From: Myxococcota bacterium
GTDB taxonomy: Bacteria; Myxococcota_A; Polyangia; Nannocystales; Nannocystaceae
Assembly (NCBI GenBank): GCA_039028615.1
Contig: JBCCHT010000031.1
Coordinates: 32,001-96,000 of the forward strand
Reading direction: 5' to 3'
DNA length: 64,000 bases
How positions within the stretch are numbered: the stretch's first letter is position 1; every line of letters begins with the position of its first letter. The position numbers were made by a program, and so were the translations under genes. The notes beneath the pieces are model-generated. The model saw nothing but the letters and a program-made list of their open reading frames with translations, searched no databases and was not told the origin of the DNA. Below, in pieces: positions 56,691 through 64,000 of the stretch.

Positions 56691-59452
56691 TCACTCCCTC
56701 TCTCCGAATCCACGAGCAGCTCGACGGTGGCCTGCCGCGCCCCTTCGGGCAGGCACGAGTCGTTGCTCTGCACCGAAAACTCCACCGTGTCTCCGGCCGT
56801 GTACATGGCCGGGTCGAGCGTCAGGCCATCGTCGTCCACGGGGAGGCCGTTGACCGTCCACTGCACGACGGGTGCATCCCCGGGGCTGCCCACGATGGCT
56901 CGCACGCCGTCGCTCGTCTCGTGCAGTGCCGCCGTGACGCGGAACTCGGCCCGCATCGCGTCCCACTCCAGCAAGGGCCACGCGGCCTCGCCCCAGTCGA
57001 CGTAGCCATCGAGGATGCTGCACTCCACCCCCGCGGCGGCGTAGAGCGGCACCAGGCTGTAGGTCTTGTCCGCCCAGCGCCCGCCGATGTGCACGAAGTC
57101 GGGCTCGTCGATGAGGATGAGGTCCGCCATCGTCTTGTCGGCGGGATCGAGGGCGTTGTCGGTGCCGTGGGGCGCGACCCGATCCCAGGTCTCGAGGGCG
57201 TTTTGTGGGTCGGCCATCTCGCCGAGGAAACCCTCGAGGAACGCGTCGAGGACCCACTTTTGCAGCCCGGGCTCGACGTCGTCGAGCTGCGCGGGGACGT
57301 CCCCCAACTCCCAGCCCTGCAAGTGCCCCTTTTGGCTGACCGCGTAGAACACCCAGGGGCCCATGACGCGGATGCGGAACCCACGGCCGGTATTGGGCGA
57401 GTCGCCGCCGCTCCAGGTCCGCGTCTGATACATCGTGTTGAGCTGGTGGACCATGCGCAGCGGCTCGTGGATGCCCGAGATGTTGGACACCGCCATGGTG
57501 TGATCCTGCTGGTAGTTGTAGTCGACGGGCGAGTTGTGGCTGATCTGCCCGTTGCCGCCGTTGACGATCGACTGCAGGTGGTACCAGGAGGACGACTCGA
57601 ACTTGCCCGTCTCCAGCAGCTGGCCCGTGAAGTAGTTGCAGTCCTTGCCCGAGGGCGGGTCGGGGTCGAAGCAGGCGGTGAAGTGCGGCGGTATCTCGAA
57701 GACCTGGTAGTTGTCGCCGAACCACTGCCGGGGCGGCACCTGGTCGCCGCGTTCGCCGAGCATGAGCTGGGGTTTGTCGGCGAGCTGGAACTCGTGGTGG
57801 AGCTCGAACTGCTTGACGGCCATCAGGCGGGCCAGGCTGGTGGCCGCGAACTCCATGTCGGCGAAGCTCGCGTCGGGGCCCAGGCCGATGAGGTTGGCCG
57901 CGCTGTCCTTGGACCGCCAGTGTCGCCACTGGGTGCCCATGGCGAAGAACGCCCGGTTGGCGAACCAGTAGACCTCGAACTCTCGGAGCAGCTCGTCGAC
58001 GTCGCGGTCCTCGGGCGGCTCGGCCTCGAGGTACGCGCGCAGGTGCTGGTAGCCGCTGTCGGGGTGCACGACGCAGCCGTTGCTGCCCCCGCTGCAGTAG
58101 GGGTCGTAGTCGGCGACGAGCCCGTCGTACCACCCGCCGTCGTTGTAGGCGTCCATGGGGTGGACTAGCGGCAGCCAGTGCTTCCAGTCCGGGAACTGAA
58201 TGGCCAAGGGCAAGGTGGTGCGGTCGACCATCGCGTCCGGGTCGAGGCGCTCGTGCACGCTCGACTCGGTGACCGGATCACCGAACATGTGCGCGGCCAT
58301 GTCGGCGTCGCGGTCGAGCACCGCGTCGAGACCGGCGCCGGCCGGCCACTGCTCGACGGGCATGTCGGCGACGGCGGGCCCGGGCTGAAAAGGCGGGTTC
58401 CAGGGCCTGCCGTAGCGACCGACGTCTTCGATCGAGTCCGACAGCGAGCGAATATACGAGGCGATCTGCTCGCCCTGCTCTTCGCTCAGCCCGTGGAACT
58501 TGGCGCGCTCGATGATGCTGCGGTTGGAGTAGCTGAACAGCTCGAGGTCGCGACCATCTTGGGTGTGACAGTCGGTGCACGTCGCCCGAACGAGCTGCCG
58601 CGGCGCGATGACCTTGCCGTACCAGAACCCCGTGCGCTCATCGGGCAGGTCGTGGCTCCACAGCTGGGCGCCGTACCACAGCGCCCGCCCGGCCTCGATC
58701 GCGCCCTCGCCCGGGATGGGGGCGCTCCAGGTGGCCGGGTCGACTTCGTAGGTCGCCCACGGCGGGAGCAGCTCTATGCCCGCCCCGTCTTCGATGCCCA
58801 GGTCGACGATGCGATAGCCGATCGAGATCGCGTTGCCGAGGTCGAAGCGAAAGCGGAGCTCGTTGTCGCCGTCTTGGAGGTCGGTGGCGGGCAGGGCGAT
58901 GCGCATGGTGCTGAGCCCTCCGTGCACCATGCCGCCACGGGCGAGGGCTCGCTCCTCGACCTCGACCGTGTCGTGATTGAGCGAGATCCACTCGCCGTCG
59001 TTGATCTGGACGGAGCCCTTGTCCTGGTAGCCCAGGTTGTTGACGCGCAGCCACAGTCGGTCGGCGCCGTCCACGACCCCGGCGCCCAGCGTCAGCGTTC
59101 TCGTCTCGGTGGTGCCTTCGCGGCCGAGCACCTCGATGGGCAGCTCGACCAGCTCGTCGGGGTGGCAGCACTGTTCGTCGCAGGGCAGCAGCGGCGCCGG
59201 GCAGTCGATGTCCTCGCCGGTATCGGCCCCCGTGTCGTCGTCGTCGTCGCCATCGGTGTCGACGTCGACGTCGCCCGTCTCGTCGGCGACGCCATCACCC
59301 GTGGGTCCCGAGCCCACCGTCGAGCCGCTCGTGCTCCCACCGTCGGCATCGATGCTCTGGAGTCCCTGGTAGCAGCCGGTGACCGCCAGGGCCGAGGTCA
59401 CGAGTTCCAGTCCGAGAATCGAGGGGGCTACGAGGAAGCGGAGTCGGGTCAT
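56687..59452 (-). CDS. Large lipoprotein with a beta-sandwich domain and a c-type heme (CxxCH) motif
   Basis: Lipobox AVTGC, Asp/Gly linker, CPAPLLPCDEQCC, then AIEAGRALW...CTDCH (58565-58579)...IASYIRSL cytochrome c pattern. Confidence 0.8.
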   Translation of the reverse strand: MTRLRFLVAPSILGLELVTSALAVTGCYQGLQSIDADGGSTSGSTVGSGPTGDGVADETGDVDVDTDGDDDDDTGADTGEDIDCPAPLLPCDEQCCHPDELVELPIEVLGREGTTETRTLTLGAGVVDGADRLWLRVNNLGYQDKGSVQINDGEWISLNHDTVEVEERALARGGMVHGGLSTMRIALPATDLQDGDNELRFRFDLGNAISIGYRIVDLGIEDGAGIELLPPWATYEVDPATWSAPIPGEGAIEAGRALWYGAQLWSHDLPDERTGFWYGKVIAPRQLVRATCTDCHTQDGRDLELFSYSNRSIIERAKFHGLSEEQGEQIASYIRSLSDSIEDVGRYGRPWNPPFQPGPAVADMPVEQWPAGAGLDAVLDRDADMAAHMFGDPVTESSVHERLDPDAMVDRTTLPLAIQFPDWKHWLPLVHPMDAYNDGGWYDGLVADYDPYCSGGSNGCVVHPDSGYQHLRAYLEAEPPEDRDVDELLREFEVYWFANRAFFAMGTQWRHWRSKDSAANLIGLGPDASFADMEFAATSLARLMAVKQFELHHEFQLADKPQLMLGERGDQVPPRQWFGDNYQVFEIPPHFTACFDPDPPSGKDCNYFTGQLLETGKFESSSWYHLQSIVNGGNGQISHNSPVDYNYQQDHTMAVSNISGIHEPLRMVHQLNTMYQTRTWSGGDSPNTGRGFRIRVMGPWVFYAVSQKGHLQGWELGDVPAQLDDVEPGLQKWVLDAFLEGFLGEMADPQNALETWDRVAPHGTDNALDPADKTMADLILIDEPDFVHIGGRWADKTYSLVPLYAAAGVECSILDGYVDWGEAAWPLLEWDAMRAEFRVTAALHETSDGVRAIVGSPGDAPVVQWTVNGLPVDDDGLTLDPAMYTAGDTVEFSVQSNDSCLPEGARQATVELLVDSERGSE

Positions 59453-59654
59453 GGCGAGCGGCGTCCGGGGGCGGCTGTCCAGCCGTCGTAGGGAGTCACC
59501 GCGCGGCGATTTTTTATGCACCCCGCCGGCACTTTTCTGGGTCTTCCGAGCCCGATCCCGGCCACGGACGGGGAGCCTCGGTGGACGCGAGTAATTCGTG
59601 AGTGACCCGGCACGCAACGCGCTGAGCCGCGGCCGACGCGACGGCTCGGTGGGC

Positions 59655-60293
59655 TCAGGGGGTCGTCGGCGCGCGGCCGACCTCGGGCAGCGCTCGAATC
59701 CACTCGTCGAACCCGTCGAGCGTGCTGGTCGATTGCTCGGGCGTCTCGGCCAGCGCGGCGATCTTGTCCTGCAGCAGCTGACGCCCGCGACGGATCCGAG
59801 TCTTGATCGTCCCCACCGCGACCCCGAGGGCTTCGCTGATCTGCGTGGCGCTCTGTTGCTCCCAGTAGTGCAGCTCGAGCACGATCTGATAGTCGAGGGG
59901 GATGTGCCGCAACGCTCGCAGGAGCAGGCGCTGCTCTTGCGCGTGGGCGAGCGCGGTGGAGGGGCCCGGGGCGAGCTCGGCCGCAGAGTGAACGCCCGAG
60001 TCGAGGGGCTCGGCGAGGCGGTGGCGCTTCCGCAGGTGGTGGCGCAGGGTGTTGTGGGCGATGCCGAACAGGAAAGTGCGCATGCTCGAGTCGCCGCGGA
60101 AGCGGTCGGCAGCCTCGACACAGCCGAGGAAGGTGCGCTGGACGAGGTCCTCGGCCGCGTCGGGCACCTTGCTCATGAAGAACCGATAGATGCAGGAGTA
60201 GTGGCGCGAAAACAGCGTGGAGCCGGCGACTTGGTCGCCGGCCTGCCAGGCGCGCAGGAGGGAAGCATCATCGGTGGCGGGTCGGGAGCCCAT
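59655..60293 (-). CDS. ECF RNA polymerase sigma factor
   Basis: LLRAWQAGD, AEDLVQRTF, FRGDSSMRTFLFGIA, LELHYWE...ALGVAVGTIKTRIRRGR. Confidence 0.9.
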   Translation of the reverse strand: MGSRPATDDASLLRAWQAGDQVAGSTLFSRHYSCIYRFFMSKVPDAAEDLVQRTFLGCVEAADRFRGDSSMRTFLFGIAHNTLRHHLRKRHRLAEPLDSGVHSAAELAPGPSTALAHAQEQRLLLRALRHIPLDYQIVLELHYWEQQSATQISEALGVAVGTIKTRIRRGRQLLQDKIAALAETPEQSTSTLDGFDEWIRALPEVGRAPTTP

Positions 60294-60412
60294 GGGGACG
60301 TGGGTCGAGCATAGGCGACGCGCTCCGGGGCCCCTTCGATTCTTTTGAAATCTCCCGCAATCCGTTGGCAATCGGCCGTCACTACCCATCGAATGCGACG
60401 GGCGAGGCAGCC

Positions 60413-63454
<3,042 letters not shown>

Positions 63455-63504
63455 AAGATTCAGGATTGTGCCAGTCACCCATTGAGCGAAAGAGACGAAC
63501 GCCC

Positions 63505-64000
63505 ATGACGAACGACGAAACCAACACGAGTGGAACCCCTGCATCCGAAGTCCGACAGATCAGCGGGGATCCAAAAATCCAACTCTCCAGCGATACGGGA
63601 ATCTCGGCACTGACGCTGACCTTCACCGCCAATGGCTGGACCGCCTCGGGAGGCGACTACGACCGCGATACAGACACCTACGCCGTCTCCGCCGAGCGGA
63701 CGAGCGAGGATGGGGTCTACTTCGCGCCCGTGACCTACATCGACCAGACGGTCACGAACCATCACCACTACGGCATGGTCTACTGGGAGCAGGACATGGG
63801 CGGCTTTCCGGTTCGGCTCTTTCAGTCGGCCACCGAGATCACGTCGCCCACCGCGCACAACCAGAGCAACATCTACGGTGCCTACGGTGACGTCTATAGC
63901 TTGAACTTGTGGCTCGAGCCGGTTCGCTTCTACCAGGTCCAGACCCAGAACAACAACGACGGGCAGTGCATCTATGCCCCGTACTGGTTGCCGAATCGGT
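63505..64000 (+). CDS. Hypothetical protein, 3'-truncated by the window edge
   Basis: ATG 63505 opens a stop-free frame to the end (MTNDETNTSGTPASEVRQISGDPKIQL...CIYAPYWLPNR) with C/G-ending codons; absent from the ORF track because it has no stop. Confidence 0.65.
   Translation, partial: MTNDETNTSGTPASEVRQISGDPKIQLSSDTGISALTLTFTANGWTASGGDYDRDTDTYAVSAERTSEDGVYFAPVTYIDQTVTNHHHYGMVYWEQDMGGFPVRLFQSATEITSPTAHNQSNIYGAYGDVYSLNLWLEPVRFYQVQTQNNNDGQCIYAPYWLPNR

Noticed and set aside
53942..59546. GGGTGCATA and GAAGACCC both present near the two ECF loci (53942-53975 and 59515-59546)
   Set aside because: Their order and orientation relative to the genes differ between sites, so they do not form a consistent promoter.
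59453..60121. N-terminal extension of the 1,144-aa ORF, suggesting an ECF-cytochrome fusion or frameshift
   Set aside because: It overlaps the intact ECF gene in another frame and is R/S/P-rich junk; a proper lipoprotein signal begins at ATG 59452.

Overview
High-GC (~70%) chromosomal window that looks myxobacterial, with a gene set typical of Nannocystaceae. It opens with the type IVa pilus locus: partial PilR2-like NtrC regulator, small HTH gene, pilMNOPQ, aroK-aroB, a lipoprotein, an MglC-like roadblock gene, aroQ, accB-accC and an SgmX-like TPR gene. Next come a PLP transsulfuration enzyme, two tandem Cys/Asp-rich lipoprotein paralogs, tig-clpP-clpX, an S41 protease, an RpoH-family sigma factor, a probable OM beta-barrel and an NtrC two-component pair. 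The right half is mostly accessory. It holds a 1,336-aa KAP P-loop NTPase with an apparent TIR-like + dead trypsin-like + SLOG N-terminus (best candidate for an undescribed one-gene defence/conflict system), a flavin amine oxidase, a hybrid kinase and romX-rluD-pgeF. It also holds Cys-rich and FG-GAP lipoproteins and two ECF sigma cassettes. One ECF sits next to a large CxxCH lipoprotein and a divergent Ser/Thr kinase-TPR. The PilQ secretin has a ~640-aa coiled-coil insertion between two AMIN domains. I saw no rRNA, tRNA, CRISPR array or transposase. All calls come from motif recognition and synteny recall; no database search was run.
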